Made by a program: the position numbers and the translations under genes. From Thermodesulfobacteriota bacterium (GTDB lineage Bacteria; DASVDK01), in contig DASVDK010000059.1 of the NCBI GenBank assembly GCA_036381125.1, positions 1-53,183 on the forward strand: 53,183 nt of DNA. The letters are read 5' to 3'. Below the pieces are notes generated by a model. It saw only the letters and a list, made by a program, of their open reading frames with translations. It did no database searches and was not told the DNA's origin. This document shows positions 1-8,362 of this stretch, one piece after another (within the stretch, counting starts at the first letter, position 1; each line of letters opens with the position of its first letter).

Positions 1-387
1 CGCGAGCGGATGACCGAGCAGGGTCGGCTCATCCCGAGCGCCGTGGCGCGGGCGGCCTGCTTCATCGCCCACGACATCGCCGCGGCGGCCATCCTCACGC
101 CGACCTCGTCCGGCCGCACGGCGCGGGCGGTCGCGCGCTACCGCCCGTCCCAGCCGATCGTGGCCATCACCCCCGACCAGGCCACCTACCGCCGCCTGGC
201 CCTGTCGTGGGGGGTCACGCCGATCCTGGTGGGCGACCTGCTGTCGACCGACGACATGATCGAGAAGTCGAAGGAGACGGTCCTCAGGACCGGCTTCCTC
301 TCGGAGGGCGACACGCTGGTCATCACGGCGGGCCACCCGGTCGGCGTCTCGGGCAGCACCAACCTCATCACCGCCGTCCGCCTCTGA
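1..387 (+). CDS. pyk: Pyruvate kinase, C-terminal domain (5'-truncated by window edge)
   Basis: Frame open from base 1; TPTSSGRTARAVARYRP...LALSWGV...GSTNLI is the typical PK C-terminal alpha/beta domain. Confidence 0.93.
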   Translation, partial: RERMTEQGRLIPSAVARAACFIAHDIAAAAILTPTSSGRTARAVARYRPSQPIVAITPDQATYRRLALSWGVTPILVGDLLSTDDMIEKSKETVLRTGFLSEGDTLVITAGHPVGVSGSTNLITAVRL

Positions 388-839
388 TGGCCGCGGCGGC
401 CGAGGTCAGGCTCTCCGCCGAGGCGCGCAACGCCGTCCTCGCCCACGGCGCCCGCGACTACCCGCACGAGGCGTGCGGCCTGCTCCTGGCGCCTCGCGGG
501 ACGCCGCTTCGCCTCGTGGAGGCCGCGCCGGTCGCCAACCTCAACACCGAGCGGGCGCACGACCGCTACACCCTCGACCCGGTCGGCTTCCGCCGGGCCG
601 CCGAGGCGGCGGCGGCGCGCGGCCTCGAGGTGGCCGGCGTCTACCACTCACACCCCGACCATCCGGCTCGCCCCTCGGAGACCGATCGCGTCAACGCCTG
701 GGCCGGCTGGACCTACCTCATCCTCCGCGTGGCCGACGGCCGGCCCGAGGAGCTGAACGGCTTCCGCCTCGAGGGAGCCCTCCACGGCTCGGAGGGCGGC
801 GCCTTCGTTCCGGTGCGGCTCGTCGTCGAGCAGGGCTGA
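387..839 (+). CDS. JAB/MPN+ (JAMM, M67) metallopeptidase, Mec-like
   Basis: ATG at 387 overlaps the pyk stop (TGATG); YPHEACGLL and YHSHPDHPARPSETD give E...HxH...S..D JAMM motif. Confidence 0.9.
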   Translation: MAAAAEVRLSAEARNAVLAHGARDYPHEACGLLLAPRGTPLRLVEAAPVANLNTERAHDRYTLDPVGFRRAAEAAAARGLEVAGVYHSHPDHPARPSETDRVNAWAGWTYLILRVADGRPEELNGFRLEGALHGSEGGAFVPVRLVVEQG

Positions 840-859
840 CCGCCAGGTCGATCCCCCGC

Positions 860-888
860 TTGACAGCGGCGACGCGAGCGGATAGGGT
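860..888 (+). promoter_or_regulatory. Putative sigma70 promoter for the hypothetical-pilT unit
   Basis: TTGACA (860-865), 17 nt spacer, TAGGGT (883-888). Confidence 0.55.
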
Positions 889-917
889 CCCCGCGCTTCG
901 GGTCCGCCGGAGGGAGC

Positions 918-1400
918 GTGTCGGACGAGTACCAGATCCAGACGCACGTGGTCCCGGTCGAGGTGAGCCTCGGCGACGGGCCTCATCTGGTGGGACACAT
1001 GTTTCTCCGCCCGCACACGGCGGGACACGCGGGGCCCGAGACGGTCGCCGATCGGCTGAACGATCGGACCGCGTTCTTCCCGGTGCGGGCCGCGGCGCCC
1101 GAGCCCGCGCTCCTCCTCGTCGGCAAGGCGCAGGTCCGCTACGTGATCGCGCCCGACTCGGGAACGATCGAGCGCGTGGCGTTCCGGCGAGCGGCCGCCG
1201 TCCAGATCGGCGCCTCGATCATGCTCGACGACGGCGAGGTCGTCAGCGGGATCGTCTTCCTCGACGGCGTCCCGGGACAGGTGCGGCCGCTCGACTACCT
1301 CAACGCCATCGAGGACCCGTTCGTCACCCTGGTCCGCCCGGATCAGGAGTACCTGATCAACCGAACCCGGATCCGCTACTTCGTCGACATCACGTCCTGA
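918..1400 (+). CDS. Hypothetical protein made of two tandem ~65-aa repeats (DUF6812-like)
   Basis: GGAGGGAG RBS before GTG; internal repeat G.(M/V)FL...D.LN....F...............(V/I)RY. Confidence 0.75.
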   Translation: MSDEYQIQTHVVPVEVSLGDGPHLVGHMFLRPHTAGHAGPETVADRLNDRTAFFPVRAAAPEPALLLVGKAQVRYVIAPDSGTIERVAFRRAAAVQIGASIMLDDGEVVSGIVFLDGVPGQVRPLDYLNAIEDPFVTLVRPDQEYLINRTRIRYFVDITS

Positions 1401-1424
1401 CGCGGGGACGCTCCCGGAGACCGG

Positions 1425-2939
1425 ATGCCGCAACTCGACTCGTTCTTCAAGGTCATGCTCGCCCAGGCCGGCGCGGAGGTGCGGATCGCCGCCGACGCCG
1501 AACCGCAGCTCAGGAGCGCCGGATCGGCCAGGCCGCTCGTCGCGAAGAAGCTCTCCGCCGCCCAGGTGCGCTTCCTCGTCGGGGAGATCGCCACGGAGGC
1601 CGCGAAGGCGGCCCTCCTCGCCGACGGCGCGGCGCAGTTCACCTACGAGCCGGCCGGCCTCGGCGCCGTCGAGGCGCTCGTCCGCGACTGGGGCGGACGG
1701 ACGGAGGCGCGCTTCCGGCCGGCGGGCGCCGCCCCCTCGCACGACGCCCCCGCGGCGGCGGCGCCGGCGCCGCCGCCGCGGGCCGCCCGCGTCGCGGCCG
1801 GCGAGCCGCCCATCAACGCGCTCTTCCGCCGCATGGTGGAGATGAGCGCCTCGGACCTCCACCTGTCGACCGGCGAGAAGCCGATGGTCCGCGCCCACGG
1901 CGACATGGTGCGCTTCGACGACGCGGCGGCCTTCACCGCCCAGTCGATGCGCGCGCTGCTCGACCCGATCATGCCCGAGCGCAACCGCAAGGAGTTCGAC
2001 GCGGTCCACGACACCGACTTCGCCTACGAGATCAAGGGCCTCGCGCGCTTCCGCGCCAACGTCTTCATGGACCGCAAGGGCCCGGGCGCGGTCTTCCGCG
2101 TGATCCCGAGCGAGATCATCACGGCCGAGCAGCTCGGGCTCTCCCCGGAGGTCCAGAACCTCTGCTACCTCACGAAGGGGCTCGTCCTCGTCACCGGCCC
2201 GACCGGCAGCGGGAAGTCGACGACGCTCTGCGCGATGGTCGACCTCATCAACCGCAAGCGGAACGACCACGTCATCACCATCGAGGACCCGATCGAGTTC
2301 GTCCACGAGAACAAGAACTGCCTCATCAACCAGCGCGAGGTGGGCGAGCACACCGAGAGCTTCAAGCGCGCCCTGCGAGCCGCGCTGCGCGAGGACCCCG
2401 ACATCATCCTGGTCGGCGAGATGCGCGACCTCGAGACGATCGCGATCGCCATCGAGACGGCCGAGACGGGGCACCTGGTCTTCGGGACGCTGCACACCAG
2501 CACCGCCCCCTCGACGGTCGACCGCATCATCGACCAGTTCCCGAGCGATCGGCAGTCGCAGATCCGCGTCATGCTCTCGGAGTCGCTCAAGGGGGTCATC
2601 AGCCAGACGCTCTGCAAGAAGATCGGCGGCGGGCGCGTGGCGGCGATGGAGACGCTGATCGTCACCCCGGCGGTGTCGAACCTGATCCGCGAGGGCAAGA
2701 CCTTCCAGATCCCCTCGATCATGCAGACCTCGCGCAAGCAGGGGATGGTGCTCCTCAACGACGCGCTCTTCGAGCTGGTCCAGGCGAAGAAGGTGGAGCC
2801 GAAGGAGGCCTACATGAAGGCGGTCGACAAGGCGGGGCTCGCCACCATGCTCAAGTCGGCCGGCCACAGGCTCGACTTCCTCGAGGCCGCCCCGAAGCCG
2901 GGGGAGGCGGCGACGCCGGCGGCCGCCGGGAAGGCGTAG
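1425..2939 (+). CDS. pilT: PilT/PilU-family type IV pilus retraction ATPase with an extra N-terminal domain
   Basis: ASDLHL, Walker A GPTGSGKST, TIEDPIE, LREDPDIILVGEMRD, TGHLVFGTLH and AIRNLIRE-like AVSNLIRE motifs. Confidence 0.9.
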   Translation: MPQLDSFFKVMLAQAGAEVRIAADAEPQLRSAGSARPLVAKKLSAAQVRFLVGEIATEAAKAALLADGAAQFTYEPAGLGAVEALVRDWGGRTEARFRPAGAAPSHDAPAAAAPAPPPRAARVAAGEPPINALFRRMVEMSASDLHLSTGEKPMVRAHGDMVRFDDAAAFTAQSMRALLDPIMPERNRKEFDAVHDTDFAYEIKGLARFRANVFMDRKGPGAVFRVIPSEIITAEQLGLSPEVQNLCYLTKGLVLVTGPTGSGKSTTLCAMVDLINRKRNDHVITIEDPIEFVHENKNCLINQREVGEHTESFKRALRAALREDPDIILVGEMRDLETIAIAIETAETGHLVFGTLHTSTAPSTVDRIIDQFPSDRQSQIRVMLSESLKGVISQTLCKKIGGGRVAAMETLIVTPAVSNLIREGKTFQIPSIMQTSRKQGMVLLNDALFELVQAKKVEPKEAYMKAVDKAGLATMLKSAGHRLDFLEAAPKPGEAATPAAAGKA

Positions 2940-2973
2940 TTCCCCGAGCGAAACGCGGCCACCCCGGCCGCCG

Positions 2974-4062
2974 CTACAGCTCCTCGACCGCGTGCGCGAT
3001 CGAGGAGGCGACGAAGTCGAGCTCCCGCTCGGCCGCGACCAGGGGCGGCAGGAGCCGCACCACGCGGCCGCCGGCCGGCGGAGCCGCCACGAGGATGCGG
3101 TCGAGCGCGAGCGCCCGGACGAGCGCCTCGGCGGCCGCGGGGTTGGCGCACTCGACGGCCCAGGCGAGCCCCGCCCCCCGCACCTCCACGACGGCGTCGC
3201 TCTCCTCCCAGTCGATCCGGTGAAGCGCCTCCCCGAACCCCGACCCGACGCGGGTCACGTCGGCGAGCAGGGCCGCGTCGGCCAGGACGTCGAGTGCGGC
3301 CGCCGCGGCGGCGCAGGCGATGGACGACGGCCAGGCCTCGGCGTCGGCGAGGGCGCCCGCGGCGAGCGTCTCGGCCACCACGCCGGCGTCGCCGATCCGC
3401 TCGGCCACGGCCGGCGCGGCGAGCAGCACGGCGAGCCGGCCGAACTCCCCCGCGAGCCCCCCGACGACGACCAGGTCGGCCGCGAGCCCGACCGCCTCGG
3501 CCGCCACCAGCGTGCCGAGGCGCCCGGGACCGAGCGGCCGCTCGTCGGCGAGGAGCAGGACGCCCGCGTCGCGTGCGCGCCGGACGAGACGCCAGGTGTC
3601 GCCCGGGTCGCGAGGGGCGAGCGTGGCCGACGGCAGCGGCTCCACGACGAGCGCCTCGCGCCCGGTGAGCAGGCGCGCGGCCGCGAGCCCGGTCTCGAGC
3701 GCCGCGAGGCCGGAGCCGAAGACGCCGAGCGGCGTCAACCCTGCCGGGGCGATCCGCGCGAGCCGCGCCGCCACCGCGGCCATCCCCGGATCGACCAGCA
3801 GGGGGCTCGCCGCCGCGCCGGCCGAGGCCGCCTCGCGCGCCGCGGCCGTCAGGGCCGGATGCGCGTGCCCGAGCGGCCGCTCCGGTCCCCCCGCCGCGTC
3901 GAGGTACTGCTCGCGGTCGAGGCCGAGGAGGTAGAGGCCGGACGCCTGCCGCGCGACCCGGCCGTACCCGAGGCGCGCCGCGGCCCGCACCCGCGCCGCG
4001 TCGAGGCCGCGGGGCGGGTCGATCGCGGCGCCCCGCCGCGCCTCGCGCCGGCGAGCGGTCAC
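2974..4062 (-). CDS. Degenerate class III (ArgD/GabT-like) aminotransferase homologue lacking the PLP lysine
   Basis: YLD...LGHAHP, LLLADE..G.GRLG, EVRGAGL and VVRLLPPL motifs; no Lys anywhere in the 362-aa ORF; GTG overlaps upstream stop. Confidence 0.75.
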   Translation of the reverse strand: MTARRREARRGAAIDPPRGLDAARVRAAARLGYGRVARQASGLYLLGLDREQYLDAAGGPERPLGHAHPALTAAAREAASAGAAASPLLVDPGMAAVAARLARIAPAGLTPLGVFGSGLAALETGLAAARLLTGREALVVEPLPSATLAPRDPGDTWRLVRRARDAGVLLLADERPLGPGRLGTLVAAEAVGLAADLVVVGGLAGEFGRLAVLLAAPAVAERIGDAGVVAETLAAGALADAEAWPSSIACAAAAAALDVLADAALLADVTRVGSGFGEALHRIDWEESDAVVEVRGAGLAWAVECANPAAAEALVRALALDRILVAAPPAGGRVVRLLPPLVAAERELDFVASSIAHAVEEL

Positions 4063-4814
4063 GGCCGCGCCGTGCGCGGCCGGGCGTCGTCCAGCCGGTC
4101 ATCGCCCAGGTAGGCCTCGATGACCGTCGGGTCCGCCGAGACCGCCGCCGGCGTCCCCGACGCGATCACCTCGCCGTGGTGCAGGACGACGATCCTGTCG
4201 GAGAGCGCCATGACCGCGCGCATGACGTGCTCGATGACGACCAGCGCCATCCCCGCCTCCCGCAGCCGGCCGAGCGCTGCCACCCTGTCGTCCGTCTCGC
4301 CCGCGGTGAGGCCGGCCAGCGTCTCGTCGAGCAGGAGCACCGCCGGCTCGGTGGCGAGCGCGCGCGCGATCTCGAGGCGCTTGCGCAGGCCGAGGGGGAG
4401 GCTCGCGGCCGGCGCGTCGGCTCGCGCCTCGAGGCCGACCCGCGCCAGGGCCCGCCGGGCGGCGTCGAGCGCCGCCCGGCGCGCCGGATGGCGGACGAGG
4501 GCGGCCACCGCGACGTTCTCGAGCACCGAGAGGCGGGCAAAGGGCCGGACGAGCTGGAACGTGCGGGCGACCCCGAGCCGGCAGACCTCGTGAGGCGGCC
4601 GCCCGGTGAGGTCGCGCTCGCCGAGGCGCACCCGGCCGGCGTCGGGCCGCAGGAACCCCGAGAGGACGGCGAAGAGCGTGGTCTTGCCGGCGCCGTTGGG
4701 CCCGATGAGACCGACGATCTCCCCCGGCGCGACCGTGAGGCTCACGCCGGCCAGCGCCGTGAGGCCCCCGAAGCGCTTGACGACCCCCTCGGCGACGAGC
4801 GCGGCAGGCGTCAC
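4059..4814 (-). CDS. LivG-like ABC transporter ATP-binding protein (orphan)
   Basis: KRFGGL, GPNGAGKTT, RTFQ, LLLDE, IEH, EAYLG; GTG at 4814 overlaps the caiB-like stop. Confidence 0.9.
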   Translation of the reverse strand: MTPAALVAEGVVKRFGGLTALAGVSLTVAPGEIVGLIGPNGAGKTTLFAVLSGFLRPDAGRVRLGERDLTGRPPHEVCRLGVARTFQLVRPFARLSVLENVAVAALVRHPARRAALDAARRALARVGLEARADAPAASLPLGLRKRLEIARALATEPAVLLLDETLAGLTAGETDDRVAALGRLREAGMALVVIEHVMRAVMALSDRIVVLHHGEVIASGTPAAVSADPTVIEAYLGDDRLDDARPRTARP

Positions 4815-6004
4815 CGCACCGCACCCGAGGCGCGCATGCGCGCGATGTCGGCGGCGTCGTAGCCGATCTCCGCGAGGATCTCGTCGGTGTGCTCGCCGAG
4901 GCGCGGCGGCGGGCGCCGGATCGCGGTCGGCGCGGCGTCGCCCTGCCAGGGCACGCCGGGCATGCGAACCGTGCCGGCCGTCGCGTGCTCCACGGCGGCC
5001 AGCATCCCGCGCGCCTCGACCACCGGGTCGGCCAATGCCGCGTCGAGCGTCCGGATGGGCGCGGCCGGGATGCCGGCCGCCTCGAGCCGCCCCATCCACT
5101 CGGCCACCGGCTTCGTGGCGAACGCCGCCTCGAGGAGCGGCAGCAGCGCCTCCCGGTGGGCGACGCGATCGGGGTTCGTGGCGAACCGGGGGTCGTCCTT
5201 CAGGTCCGGCCGCTCGAGGAGGTCGCAGAGGCTCCGCCAGAACTTGTCGTTCGTGACGCAGACGACGAGGTCGCCGTCGGCCGCGCGGAAGCCCTGATAC
5301 GGCGCGATCTGCGGGTGCGCCGAGCCCCAGCGCGTCGGCGGCCGGCCGGTGGCCGCGAACCCGGTGACCAGGGTCGAGAGGAAGGCGATCAGGCTGTCGT
5401 AGAGCGCGGCGTCCACGACGCCGCCCCGGCCCCCCCGCGCCGCACGCGCGTGGAGCGCGGCCACGATGGCGATGGCGGCGTTCATGCCGGTGAGGACGTC
5501 CGCGATCGCGATGCCGACCTTCACCGGCGGCCCGTCGGCCTCGCCGGTCACGGACATCACCCCCGAGGCGGCCTGCACGACGAGGTCGTATCCCGGCCGG
5601 TCGCGCCCCGGCCCGGTCTGGCCGAAGGCCGAGATGGAGCAGTAGACGAGACCCGGATGGGCGGCCGTGAGGGCGCGCGCGCCGAGGCCGAGCCGCTCCG
5701 CCACGCCGGGCCGAAAGTTCTCCACCACCACGTCGGCCCTCGCGGCCAGCCGGCGCGCCGCCTCGAGGGCGGCCGCCTGCTTGAGGTCGAGCGCAAGGCT
5801 CCGCTTGTTGCGGTTGATTGCGAGGAAGTAGGTGCTCTCGCCCCCCTGGAAGGGCGGTCCCCAGCTGCGCGTCTCGTCGCCGGTCGCCGCCGGTTCCACC
5901 TTCACCACGTCGGCGCCGAGGTCGCCGAGGATCATCGTGCAGTACGGACCGGCCAGGACGCGGGTGAGGTCGAGCACGCGGATGCCGGACAGGGGCAGCG
6001 TCAT
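4811..6004 (-). CDS. CaiB/BaiF family III CoA-transferase
   Basis: PLSGIRVLDLTRVLAGP, NRNKRS, VVENFRPG, GYD and PPPRLGEHT motifs. Confidence 0.95.
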   Translation of the reverse strand: MTLPLSGIRVLDLTRVLAGPYCTMILGDLGADVVKVEPAATGDETRSWGPPFQGGESTYFLAINRNKRSLALDLKQAAALEAARRLAARADVVVENFRPGVAERLGLGARALTAAHPGLVYCSISAFGQTGPGRDRPGYDLVVQAASGVMSVTGEADGPPVKVGIAIADVLTGMNAAIAIVAALHARAARGGRGGVVDAALYDSLIAFLSTLVTGFAATGRPPTRWGSAHPQIAPYQGFRAADGDLVVCVTNDKFWRSLCDLLERPDLKDDPRFATNPDRVAHREALLPLLEAAFATKPVAEWMGRLEAAGIPAAPIRTLDAALADPVVEARGMLAAVEHATAGTVRMPGVPWQGDAAPTAIRRPPPRLGEHTDEILAEIGYDAADIARMRASGAVR

Positions 6005-6741
6005 CGGAACTCCAGGTCGCGCACGCGCGCGGGGTCGAGGTCGTCGAGGATGGCGCGCTCGTCGGCCGTCGGGGGCGGCGTGACGGGCACGCCCGCCTCG
6101 CGCCCGCCGACCGGGCCGATGGGGAAGCCGGTCGCGGCGCGCACCTCGTCGAGCGTGACCCCCTCGTGGACGCTCTCCACCGCGAGCCGGCCCTCGACGC
6201 GGGCGAGGACGGCGAGCGGCGTCACCACCGCGTCGACGTTGCCCGCGGCGGTGCGAAAGTCGAGGCGCTCGACGAAGCTCCTCGGGTCGTGACGGCTGCG
6301 CCAGAGGAGGACGCGCCGCGCCGTCGGCATGAGACAGGCGCTCCCCGCGCCGCCCGGCAGCTTCGTCCGGGGTCGGGCGAGGTCGCCGATGGCGCTCATG
6401 TTGATGGCGCCGGTCGGGTCGATCTGCACGCCCGACAGGAACACCACGTCGAGGCCGCCGCGCGCCGAGAGGTCGAAGGTGTCCATGAGCGGGAAGACCG
6501 CCGGCGAGCCGGTGAGCATGTCGGACCCCACGGTCGACCCCGAGCGCGGCGCCGGCGGCGCGGCGCCGACGCCGCCCGGGATGTTGAGCGGGGTCAGCCG
6601 CGGCGCGTGGCGCCGCTGGGCGAGGCGCGTCGCCAGGAGCGGGAGCGGCGAGGCGACGCCGTAGAAGACCGTCTCGCCGTCCCGGAGGCGGCGGGCCATC
6701 GCGACGATCATCTGGGTCGCGACGTCGCGGCCGGCCGTCAC
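6001..6741 (-). CDS. CoA-transferase-fold beta subunit (GctB/AibB-like), catalytic Glu apparently absent
   Basis: ARRLRDGETVFYGVASPL, QIDPTGAIN, LPGGAGS, ATGF, PPTADE..IL..LDP; GTG at 6741 overlaps alpha-subunit stop. Confidence 0.85.
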   Translation of the reverse strand: MTAGRDVATQMIVAMARRLRDGETVFYGVASPLPLLATRLAQRRHAPRLTPLNIPGGVGAAPPAPRSGSTVGSDMLTGSPAVFPLMDTFDLSARGGLDVVFLSGVQIDPTGAINMSAIGDLARPRTKLPGGAGSACLMPTARRVLLWRSRHDPRSFVERLDFRTAAGNVDAVVTPLAVLARVEGRLAVESVHEGVTLDEVRAATGFPIGPVGGREAGVPVTPPPTADERAILDDLDPARVRDLEFR

Positions 6742-7532
6742 CGCGCCGCCTCGAGATGGGCGGCGAGCCGCGCGGGGTCCTTCGCCACGCCGAGCCACTC
6801 GGCGAGCGCCGCGGCGTCGACCTCGTAGAGACCGTGGCAGGAGCCGGGCCAGGCGCCGCACGGGGCGTGCACGACGGCGGCCACGGCGAAGCCGGGCACC
6901 TGCGTCAGCTCGGGCTGGGCGGCCAGCTCCGCCGACGGGACCAGGCGCTCGGCGGTGAGGATCACGCGGCGCGCGGCGCGCGCCATGAGCGGGTCCTCGT
7001 ACGGCGCGCCGAGGATTCGGCCGTTGCCCTCGGCGTCGGCGGCCTGCACGTGCAGCACCGCCCAGTCGGGCCGGATCGACGGGATCACGACGACCTCGCC
7101 GCCGCGGCCGTAGGGGTCCGCGACGCGGCGCCATCCCCGCGCGGCCGGCAGGTCGCTGCCGTCGAGGCCGGCCACCGGCTGGAACGGGACGCCGAAGGCG
7201 GCGCCGCGTAGCGCGGCGATGACCGTCGTGCAGGCGTGCTCGGCCGCGGTCACGGCGCCCGACTCGACGGCGCGCCGGTAGGCCGGCGCCATGCCCTGGG
7301 TCTCGTAGCCGACGTACCCCGCGTGGACCGCCGCGACGGCGCCGGCCGCGCAGAGCAGGTCGACGTCGTAGGCGGCGGCGGTCTTGACCAGCTCGAGCCG
7401 CCGGCGCCCGGCGCGGGCGAGGGCGCGCGCGAACGCGGCCGGGATGCGGTGCACGAGGTTGCCGCCGAGCGCGAGCGTGTCGCCGTCGCGGACGAGCGCG
7501 GCCGCCTCGGCGAGCGAGACGACCTTACTCAT
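6738..7532 (-). CDS. CoA-transferase-fold alpha subunit (GctA/AibA-like)
   Basis: KVVSLAEAAALVRDGDTLALGG, GAAFGVPF, DPY, PDWAVLHVQAADAEGN. Confidence 0.88.
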   Translation of the reverse strand: MSKVVSLAEAAALVRDGDTLALGGNLVHRIPAAFARALARAGRRRLELVKTAAAYDVDLLCAAGAVAAVHAGYVGYETQGMAPAYRRAVESGAVTAAEHACTTVIAALRGAAFGVPFQPVAGLDGSDLPAARGWRRVADPYGRGGEVVVIPSIRPDWAVLHVQAADAEGNGRILGAPYEDPLMARAARRVILTAERLVPSAELAAQPELTQVPGFAVAAVVHAPCGAWPGSCHGLYEVDAAALAEWLGVAKDPARLAAHLEAAR

Positions 7533-8310
7533 TCGGCCAGAACTCCCGCACCTTCGTGTACGCCGGCGGGAACTCCCCCGTGTACCGGAGGAACGCGGGA
7601 ATCGGATAGCGGATGCCGCCCCTGGCCGTCCCGTCGAGCCCCTGGACGACGGCCTCGAAGCGGCCGGCCGGCACGGTGAAGGCCATCTCGTGGTCCTGGG
7701 TCTGGGCGAAGATGCGGTCGCCGTAGCAGGGCAGCACCACCTGGCACTCGCCGGTCTGCATGGTGCGGATGACGAGGTCGGCGCAGTCGATCCGGCCGCT
7801 GATCTGGGTGGTGAGCGCGCCGCCGCGGTCGTAGAGCGCGGCCGTCACGAGCCGCAGCACCTGGGCGCTGTTGGCGTAGACCACGACCAGGTCCGGGTCG
7901 AAGGTCGCCCGCGCGGCTGGCCCCACCACGATCCGCTCGTAGGCGCCGTGCGGGAACTTCGGCACGGCCGCCTCGCTGCGCGCCCCCGCCTCCGCGGTGG
8001 CGGTGTAGAAGCCGGCGCAGGCGTGGCCCTCCGCGTAGTAGTCCACCACCGGGGCGAAGCCGAAGGCGGTCGCGCCGAGCGGACAGGAGAGGTCGTCCAT
8101 GCCCACGGCGAGCGTCCAGCCGTACCGCCGCGCCAGGCCGAACGCCTGGCAGATCGCGGTCTGGAACCCGAGGTCGCGCCGGGGGGAGCGCGCCTTGTCG
8201 GGGACCGCCTCGCCCGGGCGCAGCATGCGCACGGCCAGCGGGAACGCGTCGGGCCGGACGTGACGGTCGAGCGCCTCGACGAGCGCCCGGAGGGCTGGCT
8301 GGCTGTCCAT
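7525..8310 (-). CDS. DUF169 family protein
   Basis: ICQAFGLARRYG, LSCPLG, PDLVVVY.N.AQ, CAD, PCYGDR conserved Cys pattern. Confidence 0.85.
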   Translation of the reverse strand: MDSQPALRALVEALDRHVRPDAFPLAVRMLRPGEAVPDKARSPRRDLGFQTAICQAFGLARRYGWTLAVGMDDLSCPLGATAFGFAPVVDYYAEGHACAGFYTATAEAGARSEAAVPKFPHGAYERIVVGPAARATFDPDLVVVYANSAQVLRLVTAALYDRGGALTTQISGRIDCADLVIRTMQTGECQVVLPCYGDRIFAQTQDHEMAFTVPAGRFEAVVQGLDGTARGGIRYPIPAFLRYTGEFPPAYTKVREFWPNE

Positions 8311-8333
8311 CCTGACCCCCTGTCAGACTCGTT

Positions 8334-8362
8334 ATGTTAGACCTGCCTCCCGGGGCCGGCAA
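8334..8362 (-). promoter_or_regulatory. Putative sigma70 promoter for the DUF169 operon (within 3' end of MFS gene)
   Basis: Minus strand TTGCCG (8362-8357), 17 nt spacer, TAACAT (8339-8334). Confidence 0.45.

Noticed and set aside
387..839. JAB protein as part of a CBASS or other ubiquitin-like defence system
   Set aside because: No cyclase, E1/E2 or effector genes nearby; sequence is of the housekeeping Mec type
473..3223. Long Arg/Pro/Gly-rich alternative-frame and antisense ORFs (also 35324-38614, 35572-38859, 43952-46780 and others)
   Set aside because: Shadow ORFs caused by stop-codon scarcity; they overlap well-supported genes and have no motifs
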